64,000 nucleotides of DNA from positions 4,925 to 68,924 of the forward strand of contig JBGGMJ010000022.1 in the NCBI GenBank assembly GCA_041288095.1, in the 5' to 3' direction. This DNA is from Myxococcota bacterium. Lineage in GTDB: Bacteria; Myxococcota; XYA12-FULL-58-9; JALHOP01. The notes below the pieces were generated by a model that made no database searches, was not told where the DNA came from, and was given only the letters and a program-made list of their open reading frames with translations. How positions within the stretch are numbered: position 1 is the stretch's first letter; each line of letters starts with the position of its first letter. Below are positions 8,342 through 20,040 of the stretch, one piece after another. The translations under genes and the position numbers were made by a program.

Positions 8342-10418
8342 ACAGAAGCTCGTTGCGCTCGTCATCAGTGCCGTGTGTCTTGCTGTCTTCGCCATCGTCA
8401 CGGTGAAGGGCATGGCGGCGCGCGAGCGTCGTTCGTTCGAAGCGAGCCGCGCCTTGCTCGACGCTGGGGCACAGCTGGTTACCTCCGAGCTCGCCGCCGC
8501 CGGCGACGACCTACCCGAGACCGCCGAGCACATGGCGGTGGACGCGGACCTCGCGCAGCAGCTGCACCTGCTCTCCACCCAGATCGCGACGCTTGCCGCC
8601 ATGCCACGCCCCGGCGAGCGCATGAAGGCGCTGGTCTTGGCGCAGACCACCAAGGTGAACGATCGACTCTCGACCCTGCGCGGAGAGCTCGGCCGTGGCC
8701 GGGAGATCGACGCCGTGGCGGTCCTGGACGAGCAGGGCCTCGTGCTGATGTCGGACTCGCCGCTGCTTGCCGTCGGCAATCGAGTGCGGCTGCCGACAGC
8801 GGCGGTGCAGACGGGTGGGCAACCGGCGGTGCAGCAAAGCGCACCGACGGTGGCGCCAGCGCCGCGTCCCGCGGACGGAGTCGAGACGGTCGGTGGAGAG
8901 GTCCCCGCAAAGCGCAAGCCGCCCGAGGAGGCCGCAGCGGCCGAGCCGACGGGCGATGGGCAGCCGAACGGCGATGGGCGAACGCCGAGTGCCGATGGCC
9001 GAGAACCGAATGCCGATGTCCGAGCGCCGACTGCCGTGCGGGCGCCCGCCGCCGCCGCGCCGCTGCCGACCATGGACGACGGGCAGACCGAGACCGTCCG
9101 CGGCGCCCTCGGCGGCGTTCCGACCCTTGGCGCCTTGGTCTTCGAGGGCAACATCACGCACATTGGCGCCGCGCCGGTCACCTTCAAGGGGAAGCTCGCG
9201 GGCGCCGTGGTGGTCGAGCGCCGCTTGCGCAGTCTGCCCAAACCGACCGGCGTCGATCCCGTGCTCTCCCTCGATGGTCAGGTGCGCATGGGCCGCCCCC
9301 CCGATGGCGCGAGCATCGACAGCAACGCCAGCGAGGCGTTTTTGCTCGCCCCGCGCGATGTGCGCTCGGCGGTGCCGGGTTTGGGGAGCGTCGGCGTAGC
9401 GCCCCTCTTCGTCGCGCCCGGTAGCGTGGGCGTCTGGGCTCGCCGTTTCGAAGTGCCGCGCGTGCCTTCCGCCGTCGGCTATGTCTACACCGATGTGACT
9501 CCCGCGTTCGCCGAGCTCGGCGGCTTGCAGCTCATGACGCTGCTCCTCGCGGCCGTGGCCTTCGCCATTCACGCGTTGCTCATCGTCACCAGCGGGCTCG
9601 GGATGACCCGCGGCATCGCGGCGATGTCCGATTTCCTCGGGAAGCAGCAGCAAGGCCTGGGCGACGGCTCGCGTCTATCGGAGCGCAACTTGCCGTCGGG
9701 GCTGCATCGCCTGGCGCGCCTCGTGAACAAGAGCCTCGAGCGCGGCAGCGGCAACACGCCGAGCATCGTCTCGGCACGCCACGCCAGTCTCGACGATGTG
9801 ATTGCGCACCACGAGCCAGCGACACCGGATGTGTCCGAGCTGGATTTCGGAAGCTTCGCGGCGCCGAAAGCGGAGGCGAGTCAATTCAAGGCGCCGACGA
9901 TGGAGATGAAGCGCCCACCGGTGCCGAGCACCACCGCGCCGAAAGCCGAGACAGCGGCGGCGCCGGCTGATCCCGCGCCTGCGGCTGCTCTCAGCGACCC
10001 CGGCTCCGCCGCCTTGCTCGCGTCTCTCGAAGAGCTCAGCGAATCGCTCGCAGGTGACGAAGGGCCGAGCTTCGCCGCCGAGCCATCCTTGCCCGCGCCC
10101 AAGGTGAACGGCGCCACCGGCAAAGCCATCCCCGCGCCCGCCCCTGTGACCGCTAAAGCCGACAGCGCGGGCCCCGCCCCCGCCGTGACCGCCAACGAGA
10201 CGCCGCGTGACACGCACTACCGCGAGGTCTACCAGCGCTTCGTCGAGGTTCGCCTCGAGTGCGGCGAGCCTACCGACGATCTCACCTACGACAAGTTCAC
10301 CGCGAAGCTCGGCCAAAGCCGAGACGCGGTGATGTCGAAGCACGCCTGCACCGACGTGCGCTTCCAGGTCTACGTCAAGAACGGCAAGGCCGCGCTCAAG
10401 GCGACCCCGGTCAAGTAG
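8334..10418 (+). CDS. Large bitopic membrane protein with Pro/Ala-rich cytoplasmic tail and conserved ~65-aa C-terminal domain (hypothetical)
   Basis: ATG overlaps the GT2 stop (ATGGCTAG). TM1 (LVALVISAVCLAVFAIV), ~400-aa periplasmic part, TM2 (LMTLLLAAVAFAIHALLIV). The C-terminus (YREVYQRFVEVRLECGE...VRFQVYVKNGKAALKATPV) looks like a domain I recall as recurrent in myxobacterial proteins. That is recollection, not verified. Confidence 0.7.
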   Translation: MARQKLVALVISAVCLAVFAIVTVKGMAARERRSFEASRALLDAGAQLVTSELAAAGDDLPETAEHMAVDADLAQQLHLLSTQIATLAAMPRPGERMKALVLAQTTKVNDRLSTLRGELGRGREIDAVAVLDEQGLVLMSDSPLLAVGNRVRLPTAAVQTGGQPAVQQSAPTVAPAPRPADGVETVGGEVPAKRKPPEEAAAAEPTGDGQPNGDGRTPSADGREPNADVRAPTAVRAPAAAAPLPTMDDGQTETVRGALGGVPTLGALVFEGNITHIGAAPVTFKGKLAGAVVVERRLRSLPKPTGVDPVLSLDGQVRMGRPPDGASIDSNASEAFLLAPRDVRSAVPGLGSVGVAPLFVAPGSVGVWARRFEVPRVPSAVGYVYTDVTPAFAELGGLQLMTLLLAAVAFAIHALLIVTSGLGMTRGIAAMSDFLGKQQQGLGDGSRLSERNLPSGLHRLARLVNKSLERGSGNTPSIVSARHASLDDVIAHHEPATPDVSELDFGSFAAPKAEASQFKAPTMEMKRPPVPSTTAPKAETAAAPADPAPAAALSDPGSAALLASLEELSESLAGDEGPSFAAEPSLPAPKVNGATGKAIPAPAPVTAKADSAGPAPAVTANETPRDTHYREVYQRFVEVRLECGEPTDDLTYDKFTAKLGQSRDAVMSKHACTDVRFQVYVKNGKAALKATPVK

Positions 10419-10445
10419 GAGCCCGAGCCGCTGAGTGCGCGGCGC

Positions 10446-11023
10446 TCAGGTCGCGGGTGTCGTCAAGGCCTTCATGATCTCGGTGTGCTCGCCGAGTAGG
10501 CGCTGCCACTCGATCTTGAACCACGGCGTGTAGCGCTGACCCTCGGGATCCGAGGCGAGCTCGCGAGTGACCGCTTCGACGGACAGCCACTTGAGGCCCG
10601 CGATCTCCATCGGATGCGAGCGCGGGGTGGCGTCGCTTTGGCCGACATACACGGAGCAAAGCTCGTGCTCGGAGCCCGCGGCGCCGAAGTGGGCTTGGTA
10701 CTCGAACTTGAAGAGGTAGGTGAGCCTCGTGGTCATCCCGAGCTCTTGCTCGAGCCGCCGTACCGTCGCCGTCGGCATGTCCTCACCGGCGCGCGGATGG
10801 CTGCAGCAGGTATTCGACCAGTAGAGCGGCCACAAGCGCTTCTCGGCGCTGCGCTGCTGCAGAAGCAGCTCGCCCTGGCTGTTGAAGATGAAGATCGAAA
10901 AGGCGCGGTGCAGCACACCCTTGCCGTCGTGAGCGGCTGCCTTGGTGATGGTGCCCAGCTCTCGGTCGTCGCTGTCGACGGTGATGAGCTTTTCGCTCTC
11001 TGACGAAACCGCTTCCACGTGTG

Positions 11024-11027
<4 letters not shown>
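10446..11027 (-). CDS. idi: Isopentenyl-diphosphate delta-isomerase, type 1 (Nudix family)
   Basis: 193 aa. Conserved WSNTCCSHP, ...E.E... Nudix-like core and the ...Y.PWF.. C-terminus. GTG start overlaps the hmgR-mvk stop (GTGA). The upstream part of the listed 376-aa ORF is Arg-rich shadow. Confidence 0.85.
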
Positions 11028-13282
<2,255 letters not shown>

Positions 13283-13298
13283 CAGCTTCCTTCAAGCG

Positions 13299-14276
13299 TT
13301 ACAACGTCAGCGCGCCCGTATTGGACACACCGACCGGGACGATAGGGAAACCCGCGCTCTTCAAAGCGCTTTGCACCTGGGCGACCTCGTCCTGGCGGCA
13401 GAGCGCGACTCCGAGGTCGCCTCCACCCGCACCCGCCGGCTTATAGCGAGCGCCACTAGATCGTGCAATCGCGCCAATTTGCGCGTGCTCCGGCGTTTCG
13501 ATGGCGATCCCGGCGGTCCGCCCAAGGTTCGCAAGGCCCTCGCCGTAGTGCCCCACGAGCTCGAGGAAGCCGGCGACGTCGCCGGCCTGAAACGCCGCGC
13601 AGGCGAGCTCTGTCAGACGCTTGAGGGCTCCCATGAGGGCCGCGTAGCTCGAGGGCTCGCGGCCGGCGAACTGCGCCACCGCGCCGACGAAGCTGCGGGT
13701 GTCCGCCGAGGCGCCCGACCAGACCGCGATCATCGCGAGGTCCCGCGGCCATTTCACCGGCGTACGCTCGGGCAGCTCCTCGCCACGGAGCCGATAGCGG
13801 AGGATCCCACCGTGAACGCTCGCCGCGAGGTCGATGCCGCTCCCCGCGCCTTTCTGGAAGTCGCGGTGAGCCTGGAATGCGCGCTGGAAGATGGTGTCGG
13901 CGGGCGCCTGAGGGTCGAGGATGCGCTCGAGGGCCACGGTGAGCGCGGCGGAGGAACCGAGGCCGAGCTTGTCCTTGCCCTCGAAGAAGGCCTGGGTATC
14001 GAGCGTCACGTGCTCGACGTTGGGAGGCAGCTGCCGCAGCCGGGGCAACACCAAGCGCAGCGCTTCGGCCGCGGGCCCGGCAAGGTCGGGCCGTGTGAGC
14101 ATCGCGCCGTGCACGCCAATCTCGGGGGCTTCGACAGTGAGCGTCGGGCTCGCGGCGTTTCCCTCTCGGGTCTCAACACCGGCATAGCGGTCGACCGCGA
14201 TGACGAGCGCCGGCGCGCCCTCGAGCACCGCGTACTCACCGACGAGGACGAGCTTGCCGGGGGCTTGGCTCTTCAT
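13299..14276 (-). CDS. Phosphomevalonate kinase (GHMP family)
   Basis: 325 aa starting MKSQAPGKLVLVGEYAVLEG. GHMP motif GLGSSAALTVAL. ATG overlaps the mvd stop (ATGA). The upstream 87 codons of the listed ORF are Arg-rich shadow. Confidence 0.8.
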   Translation of the reverse strand: MKSQAPGKLVLVGEYAVLEGAPALVIAVDRYAGVETREGNAASPTLTVEAPEIGVHGAMLTRPDLAGPAAEALRLVLPRLRQLPPNVEHVTLDTQAFFEGKDKLGLGSSAALTVALERILDPQAPADTIFQRAFQAHRDFQKGAGSGIDLAASVHGGILRYRLRGEELPERTPVKWPRDLAMIAVWSGASADTRSFVGAVAQFAGREPSSYAALMGALKRLTELACAAFQAGDVAGFLELVGHYGEGLANLGRTAGIAIETPEHAQIGAIARSSGARYKPAGAGGGDLGVALCRQDEVAQVQSALKSAGFPIVPVGVSNTGALTL

Positions 14277-15253
14277 CCGAGGAGATGCGCCGCGGGCCCG
14301 AGGTCGCTGGCGACGACGCGCAGCACTCCCGGAACGGCTGCGATGCTGGTCTCGACCGCGCGAGCATGCTCGGCGGTCGTGAGCACCTTCACCTGCGGCC
14401 CGGCGTCGATCGTGTACGTGGCCGGCACGCCTTTCTTCTGCAGCTCGCGCACCGCGTGTACGCAGTCGACCGTCGCGCCGCGCCAGTAGACGAGCGCTGG
14501 GTCGGTGGCCAACATGACGGCGTGCATCTTCATGCACGAGCGTTCGGTGACCCGGGCGAGCAGGGCGAAGTCCTTGTCTGCTATCGCGGAACGCAAGGCG
14601 GCGAGATCGTGCGGATGCGTGTCCACCCAGGCGGCGTAGTAGGGCGACGTGGTTCGTGAGGCGTCCATGCCGCTGGTCGAGCCGGTCTCCTTCTTGGCGT
14701 CACTGACCACGGCGACCAGGACCTTGAGGGGCCAGTGCGTGGAGGGCGCGAGCTCCCTGGCGACGCAGTCACTGCCGTCGTCACGTTGCCCACGCGCGAG
14801 CTCCACGAAGCCGCCGAAGATCGAGCGCGCGGCGGAGCCCGAGCCGCGGCGCGCGAGCTCCGAGAGCTCGGTCGGATTGGCCTCGAGCCCGGCGGCGGCG
14901 GCGGCGGCAAGCGCGAGCGCCGCGAAGCCCGATGCCGACGAGGCGAGCCCAGCGCCCGTGGGAAAGTCGTTCTTGCTCACGACCCGCGCGTGATCGGCGA
15001 CCTTGGCCTTGCCGCGGACGAGGTCGAGGAAGCGGCTGACGCGCAGAGTGTCGTCGTCGTCGGCTTTGGTGCCGTTGAGCTCGAGGCTGTCCTCGTCCAG
15101 CGCTGGGTCGAAGGTGACGCTCGTCTCGGTCGAGAGCCCGGCGAGCGTCACGGAGATCGAGCCCACCGCGGGCAGGTTCAGCGTCGTCCCGCGCTTTCCC
15201 CAATATTTGACCAGCGCGAAGTTGGTGTGCGCGCGGGCGCGAGCTTGTTTCAT
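14273..15253 (-). CDS. mvaD: Diphosphomevalonate decarboxylase
   Basis: NFALVKYWGKR, GLASSASGFAALA, and SGSAARS motifs typical of MVD. First gene of the minus-strand operon. Confidence 0.85.
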   Translation of the reverse strand: MKQARARAHTNFALVKYWGKRGTTLNLPAVGSISVTLAGLSTETSVTFDPALDEDSLELNGTKADDDDTLRVSRFLDLVRGKAKVADHARVVSKNDFPTGAGLASSASGFAALALAAAAAAGLEANPTELSELARRGSGSAARSIFGGFVELARGQRDDGSDCVARELAPSTHWPLKVLVAVVSDAKKETGSTSGMDASRTTSPYYAAWVDTHPHDLAALRSAIADKDFALLARVTERSCMKMHAVMLATDPALVYWRGATVDCVHAVRELQKKGVPATYTIDAGPQVKVLTTAEHARAVETSIAAVPGVLRVVASDLGPAAHLLG

Positions 15254-15440
15254 CGCGTACTCGTACCTCGCCCCAGTTCGTCTGACCTATTGCATTGCGG
15301 AAAGCGCATCAACGGATCCCCCCGCCTGGAGCCGCTTCGTAGCCGCGACGCGCGTCTTGTACGCATGGCAAAGCAGGCGTCGGGTTCCGACTTGTTTTCG
15401 GAACCCGACCTCTAGCCACGCGCATCGCGAGGCGTAAAAA

Positions 15441-15510
15441 ACTAGTAGCTCGCCACACTATCAATTGCCGCGCATCCAAATGAGCACAACCTCTGTGGCG
15501 AGGTACTAGT
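15441..15510. repeat. 17-bp near-perfect inverted repeat (ACTAGTAGCTCGCCACA / TGTGGCGAGGTACTAGT) flanking a 36-bp AT-richer spacer
   Basis: Read directly in the 600-bp divergent intergenic region between mvaD (start 15253, -) and the kinase (start 15854, +). One mismatch between arms. The sequence is locally AT-rich (AAAAAACTAGT). Confidence 0.55.
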
Positions 15511-15853
15511 CGCGGCGCTTGCCGTGTAGCTCGGTGCTACGGAGCGGCGTGCCGTGCGTCACGAGGCTTACCGCGAACAAGCGGATAGCGCGCTCTTCCG
15601 CCCGGGCCCGATGGAGCTGCTGCAGCCGAGCTGGGGGACGGTGCTTGAGGCCCTGGGGCCGCATGCGCCTGGGTAAGGGACGCAAGCCGCTGCGATGCGA
15701 TGATTCAGCCACGCGCCAGACCCCCAGGATTGGTGAGCCGTATGCATACCTGTTTTCACCCTAGGTGCTCAAGTACGCAAAACCTCCGGCAATCTTGAGT
15801 CGCCACTCCTCTTTTTCACCTGTCGACGCCCAAGGCGTGTAGATCAAAGGAGC

Positions 15854-17806
15854 ATGGGCGAGAAGAACGCCGACCGCGCTACTCCGTCGAAAATCGGGCG
15901 CTATCAGGTCCTCGATCGACTGGCCGCCGGCGGCATGGCCGAGGTGTACCGGGCGCGTAGCGCCAGCGACGGCAATCGGCTCATTGCCATCAAGTGCATG
16001 TTGCCGGCCCTCGTGGACGACGAAGAATTCGCCAATATGTTCGTCGACGAGGCCAAGCTCGCCTCGCAGCTCTCGCATCCGAACATCGTTCAGATCTTCG
16101 AGCTCGGCCGCTACAAGGAGCAGCTCTACATCGCCATGGAGCTCATCCACGGCCGCGATCTGCGCGCCATCGTCCGCAAGGCGAAGAAGCGCGGCCAAGC
16201 GCTGTCGCCGCAGTTCGTCGCCTACGTCGTCGCCAAGACCGCCGAGGCGCTCGACTACGCCCACCGCAAGACCAGCATCGACGGCAAGCCGCTCAAGCTC
16301 GTGCACCGCGACATCAGCCCGCAGAACATCCTCGTGGGCTACGACGGTAACGTCAAAGTCGTCGACTTCGGTATCGCTAAAGCGGACTTCCGGCGCACCA
16401 TGTCGCGCGTCGGCATCCTGAAGGGCAAGTTCGCATACATGGCGCCGGAGCAGGTGAAGACCGGCGAGGTCGACGGGCGTACCGACATCTTCGCGCTCGG
16501 CGCGGTGCTCTACGAGGCGTTCGCCCATCGCAAGTTGTTCTTCGGCGAGAGCGACTTTTCCATCCTCGAACGCGTCACCAACGGCACCTTGCCCGACGAC
16601 GTCGCCGCCTGGGACCGGCTACCCGCGGACGTCGCCAATGTCGTGCGGCGCGCGGTCACCGTCGACCCAACGGACCGCTTCCAAGAAGCGTCGCACATGG
16701 CCGAGGCGCTCGAGCCGTTGCTCATCGATGGACGCACCATCTACGGCCCCAAGCAGGCACGCGAGCTCATGACCGGGCTGTTCACACAGGAGATCGAAGA
16801 CAACGAGTTGGCGCTGCGCGCGTTCGCGTCGACCGCGGGCGAGATGTCGGGCATCCTGCGGCGCCCGTCGCAGAAGGTCGAAAAGCTCGACAAGGTCGAA
16901 GTCGAGGTAGAGGAGGAGGAAGAGATCCCCGGCCGCGACTGGAGCATCGTCACCGCCGATCCAGCGAAGGCCGCCGAAGAAGTCGAGCAGGAGATCCAGC
17001 GCGACCGCGATAGCCGCAGCACGCGGGGGCGCGGCCGCGACGAGAGCAACACCTCGACCGACCACATCCACAACACCTCGACGCGCCCAGAGCCCGAACG
17101 CCGGCCGAGCGGTCGCCACCGCGATGTTTCCGAAGACGACGCGACGCGAGTCACGGGCGTCGAGCCGATGCCGATGGAGAAGGTGAAGAGCTCGACGCGC
17201 GGACGCTCGCCATCGCAGACCATCGTGCCGGTGACCGAAACGCGCGGCATCCCGTTGGTCGGCGCGGTCCTCGGCGGTAGCCCGGAGGAGCAGCGTCGCC
17301 GCTTGTTGTGGACGCTCACCGCCGCTATCGGGGTGGTGTTGGTGCTGCTCGTCATCGTGCTCGTCAAGCGCGCGACGCCGACGTCGACCGAGGTGCTCCC
17401 CGACGAAGACGCGCTCGCCGACATCGCCGAGCGCCCCCGCATCCCACGCGTCACCACGACGCCGCTCGATCAGCCGCAGCAGGCGCCGCAGCCGAGCGCG
17501 CCCGATCCGGTCGAGCGCAAGCCGGAAAAGACCGAGGCCGTGGCCTCGCCAGCCAGCCCGTCGCCCGCGTCGGAAGCGGCCGAGCCGCAATACGGTTACT
17601 TGAGCGTACGCACGAGCGATGGGCGGCCGGCGACGGTGTTCATCGACAAGAAAGAAGTCGGCCCCGCGCCGATCGTCAAACGCAAGATGCCCTACGGCGA
17701 GCACATCGTCCGGGTCGTCGACAAAGCCAATCGCGCGAAGGTCCTGCAGGTCATCTTGACCTCGAAGCATCGCAAGACGCCGGTCGAGCTCGAAGTCTCG
17801 CCGTAA
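15854..17806 (+). CDS. Ser/Thr protein kinase with C-terminal TM segment and PEGA-like domain
   Basis: AGGMAEVYRA, AIKCM, HRDISPQN, DFG, APE. AAGGAG-like RBS (AAAGGAG) 7 nt upstream of ATG. TM (LTAAIGVVLVLLVIVLV). C-terminal YGYLSVRTSDGRPATVFIDKKEVG..P is PEGA-like. Confidence 0.85.
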   Translation: MGEKNADRATPSKIGRYQVLDRLAAGGMAEVYRARSASDGNRLIAIKCMLPALVDDEEFANMFVDEAKLASQLSHPNIVQIFELGRYKEQLYIAMELIHGRDLRAIVRKAKKRGQALSPQFVAYVVAKTAEALDYAHRKTSIDGKPLKLVHRDISPQNILVGYDGNVKVVDFGIAKADFRRTMSRVGILKGKFAYMAPEQVKTGEVDGRTDIFALGAVLYEAFAHRKLFFGESDFSILERVTNGTLPDDVAAWDRLPADVANVVRRAVTVDPTDRFQEASHMAEALEPLLIDGRTIYGPKQARELMTGLFTQEIEDNELALRAFASTAGEMSGILRRPSQKVEKLDKVEVEVEEEEEIPGRDWSIVTADPAKAAEEVEQEIQRDRDSRSTRGRGRDESNTSTDHIHNTSTRPEPERRPSGRHRDVSEDDATRVTGVEPMPMEKVKSSTRGRSPSQTIVPVTETRGIPLVGAVLGGSPEEQRRRLLWTLTAAIGVVLVLLVIVLVKRATPTSTEVLPDEDALADIAERPRIPRVTTTPLDQPQQAPQPSAPDPVERKPEKTEAVASPASPSPASEAAEPQYGYLSVRTSDGRPATVFIDKKEVGPAPIVKRKMPYGEHIVRVVDKANRAKVLQVILTSKHRKTPVELEVSP

Positions 17807-17978
17807 CTCCAGTCGCGGCTCATCGGCGGCCAGTACGCGTGTCCGCTGGTCCGGACAGTTGACCGGTAACAGCGGACGGCTTCAGGCCGCGTAACGCCCT
17901 GAAAACAGGGCCTCAACGCGCGGCACAGCGGATGCATTCAGTAGCCTCGAAGACGTCCAGCGGACACGAGGCAACATC

Positions 17979-18170
17979 ATGCGTCACTTCAAGCTTCCCA
18001 CTTTGTTCCTCGCTGTGACGCTGGTCGCAACGGGCTGTGCAACCACCACGCGGGAGACACCGCGTGGCGCCAAGCTCAAGCAGTACGAACAAACGAGCGC
18101 CGCGGTAGAGCGCGCGCATCGCGTACGTGCCTGGCGCAGCGCCGATGCCTTCGCTCTCGGTGGTGACTGA
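17979..18170 (+). CDS. Small putative lipoprotein (63 aa)
   Basis: Signal peptide plus lipobox (LVATGC). Short and unsupported otherwise. Confidence 0.35.
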   Translation: MRHFKLPTLFLAVTLVATGCATTTRETPRGAKLKQYEQTSAAVERAHRVRAWRSADAFALGGD

Positions 18171-18258
18171 GCGCGACTGATCGCGCTCGGCGATGACCCA
18201 CACAAGCGGTTTCCCCCCGCGCGTCGTCGCCGAGCAACCCAACCGCCATCCCCATCCC

Positions 18259-18303
18259 CCAAAAACAACAACGCCGGTGGAGACTCTCGCGAGCTCCACC
18301 GGC
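18259..18303 (-). terminator. Rho-independent terminator-like hairpin downstream of hup
   Basis: GC stem CGCCGGTGGAG/CTCCACCGGCG with a ~9-nt loop. On the minus strand it is followed by TTGTTGTTTTTGGGG. Confidence 0.5.
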
Positions 18304-18374
18304 GTTGTGTCGATTGGAACTGGGGACACACACCATTTTCCGATGCGGAAAATGGAGTATGTCCCTAGACAATC

Positions 18375-18650
18375 TTAAAGCTTGTCCTTGAAGGCCTTCG
18401 CGGCGCGGAAGCCGACGGTCTTCGAGGCCTTGATCTTGATGGCCTCGCCGGTCTGCGGGTTACGGCCCGGGCGAGCCTTGCGGGTGCGCACGACGAACGT
18501 GCCGAAGCCGGGGTACGAGAAGCGCTTGTCCTTGCGGATGGCGCCAGCGAGGTTCTCGAACACGGTCTCGACCATTTCGGCCGCGAGCTTCTTGGTGACT
18601 TCGCCGTTGTGCTTCTCGTACATCTTCTCGATGAGCTCAGCCTTCGTCAT
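18375..18650 (-). CDS. hup: HU/IHF-family nucleoid-associated DNA-binding protein
   Basis: 91 aa. MTKAELIEK..., GFGTF.VR.R.AR.GRNP.TGE.I.I, full-length HU-like. Confidence 0.9.
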   Translation of the reverse strand: MTKAELIEKMYEKHNGEVTKKLAAEMVETVFENLAGAIRKDKRFSYPGFGTFVVRTRKARPGRNPQTGEAIKIKASKTVGFRAAKAFKDKL

Positions 18651-18822
18651 TGTCTTTTCCTTGGTGTTGCTCGTCTGCTCCGGACTTGAATTTACAGCCT
18701 CGGGAGCATGCTACGAGCGAATCTGCCCAGTGAATTAGCGGGCGGCCCGATCGGGGTCAAGCGAAACCCGCATCCATTCAGGTCGATTTCGCGATCGCGC
18801 GAGCGGAGAAATGTGGGTGCGG

Positions 18823-20040
18823 CTACACGGTCCGCAATAGCAGGCATGACACCTGGTCATGCGCGGCGGCCGGTGTCGAGCCCGGCTCGATCAACGCGAG
18901 GCCGTCGACCTCGGCGAGACTCGTCAGATCCGCCGACCCCTGGCGCGCGCTCGGCGTTGCCAGGAGCTTGTCGCTATCGCGGACGATTCTCACGCGGACG
19001 TAGTTGCGGCGGTCGGTGGCACGGGGCGCCTTGGCGGTGAGCGTAGCGGTGAGCTTCACCCGCTCGATGTCACGCGCGCCCTGCATGGCGCGCAGGGCGG
19101 GGCGCACGAAGAGCTCGAAGGATACGAACGACGACACGGGATTTCCGGGGAGCCCGAAAAACGGCGTCGCGCCGATCGAGCCCACGGCGAGCGGCTTGCC
19201 CGGCCGCATGGCCACCTTGTGGAAGGTGACCTTGCCGCGCTCGGCGAGGACACTCTTTACGTAGTCGTGCTCGCCCACCGAGACACCGCCGCTGGTGAGC
19301 ACGAGGTCGGCCACCGCCGCCGCTTCCTCGAGCGCTTTGCCGATGGCTTCCGGCGAATCGCCGACGATGGGCAGCCGCAGGGGCACGCCGCCGGCTTCGC
19401 GCACCTGCGCGGCGAGCATCAAGGCGTTGCCGTTACCCACTTTGGTCGCGGGGCTCGTGAGCAGGGTATCGATTTCGACGAGCTCGTTGCCGGTGGGCAG
19501 GATGGCGACGCGTGGCCGGCGCGTGACCGACAAGGAAACGCGGCCTTGCGTCGCCGCGACCGCGATGTCGCCGGCGCCGATGATCGTCCCGCGTCGCAAC
19601 AGCGTCGTGCCCTCGGCGACGTCTTCGCCGGTATGGCGGACGTTCGCGCCGGTGCCGACCGGCTCGCTGATCAACACGTAGTGCCCGTCTCGCGTCACGT
19701 TTTCTTGCATGACGACGGCGTCACAGCCCTTGGGCAGCGGCGCGCCCGTGAAGATGCGCGCGGCTTCCTTGCGCGTCACCACCATCTCGCCGTCGTCGCC
19801 CGCGGCCGACTCGCCGATGACGTCGAGGCGGACCGGCTCGGCAGCGCTCGCTTGGGCGGTGGAGCGCGAGTGCAGCGCATAGCCGTCCATCGCCGAGTTG
19901 GTGAAGCGCGGCACGGGCACGGTGGCGATCAGATCCTCGGCCAGCACGCGGCCCAACGCTTCGTCGACGGAGACGAGCTCGGCGCCGAGCGTGCTGATGC
20001 CGAGGAGCGCCTTCTTTTGCGCGTCCTCGACCGAGATCAT
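18823..20040 (-). CDS. moeA: Molybdopterin molybdenumtransferase MoeA
   Basis: MoeA N/linker/MoCF-binding domains (SAMDGYA, LTSGGVSVGEHDY, GLPGNPVSS). Confidence 0.9.
   Translation of the reverse strand: MISVEDAQKKALLGISTLGAELVSVDEALGRVLAEDLIATVPVPRFTNSAMDGYALHSRSTAQASAAEPVRLDVIGESAAGDDGEMVVTRKEAARIFTGAPLPKGCDAVVMQENVTRDGHYVLISEPVGTGANVRHTGEDVAEGTTLLRRGTIIGAGDIAVAATQGRVSLSVTRRPRVAILPTGNELVEIDTLLTSPATKVGNGNALMLAAQVREAGGVPLRLPIVGDSPEAIGKALEEAAAVADLVLTSGGVSVGEHDYVKSVLAERGKVTFHKVAMRPGKPLAVGSIGATPFFGLPGNPVSSFVSFELFVRPALRAMQGARDIERVKLTATLTAKAPRATDRRNYVRVRIVRDSDKLLATPSARQGSADLTSLAEVDGLALIEPGSTPAAAHDQVSCLLLRTV

Noticed and set aside
6599-9241. 880-aa ORF on the minus strand
   Set aside because: Arg/Ala/Gly-rich low-complexity translation, antisense to the well-supported GT2 and membrane-protein genes. 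This is the typical GC3-bias shadow ORF.
14277-14537. N-terminal 87-codon extension of the phosphomevalonate kinase ORF
   Set aside because: Arg-rich and overlapping mvaD. The ATG at 14276 gives the canonical GHMP N-terminus and an ATGA coupling.
16619-17770. 383-aa minus-strand ORF
   Set aside because: Antisense to the C-terminal half of the PEGA kinase gene. Arg-rich.
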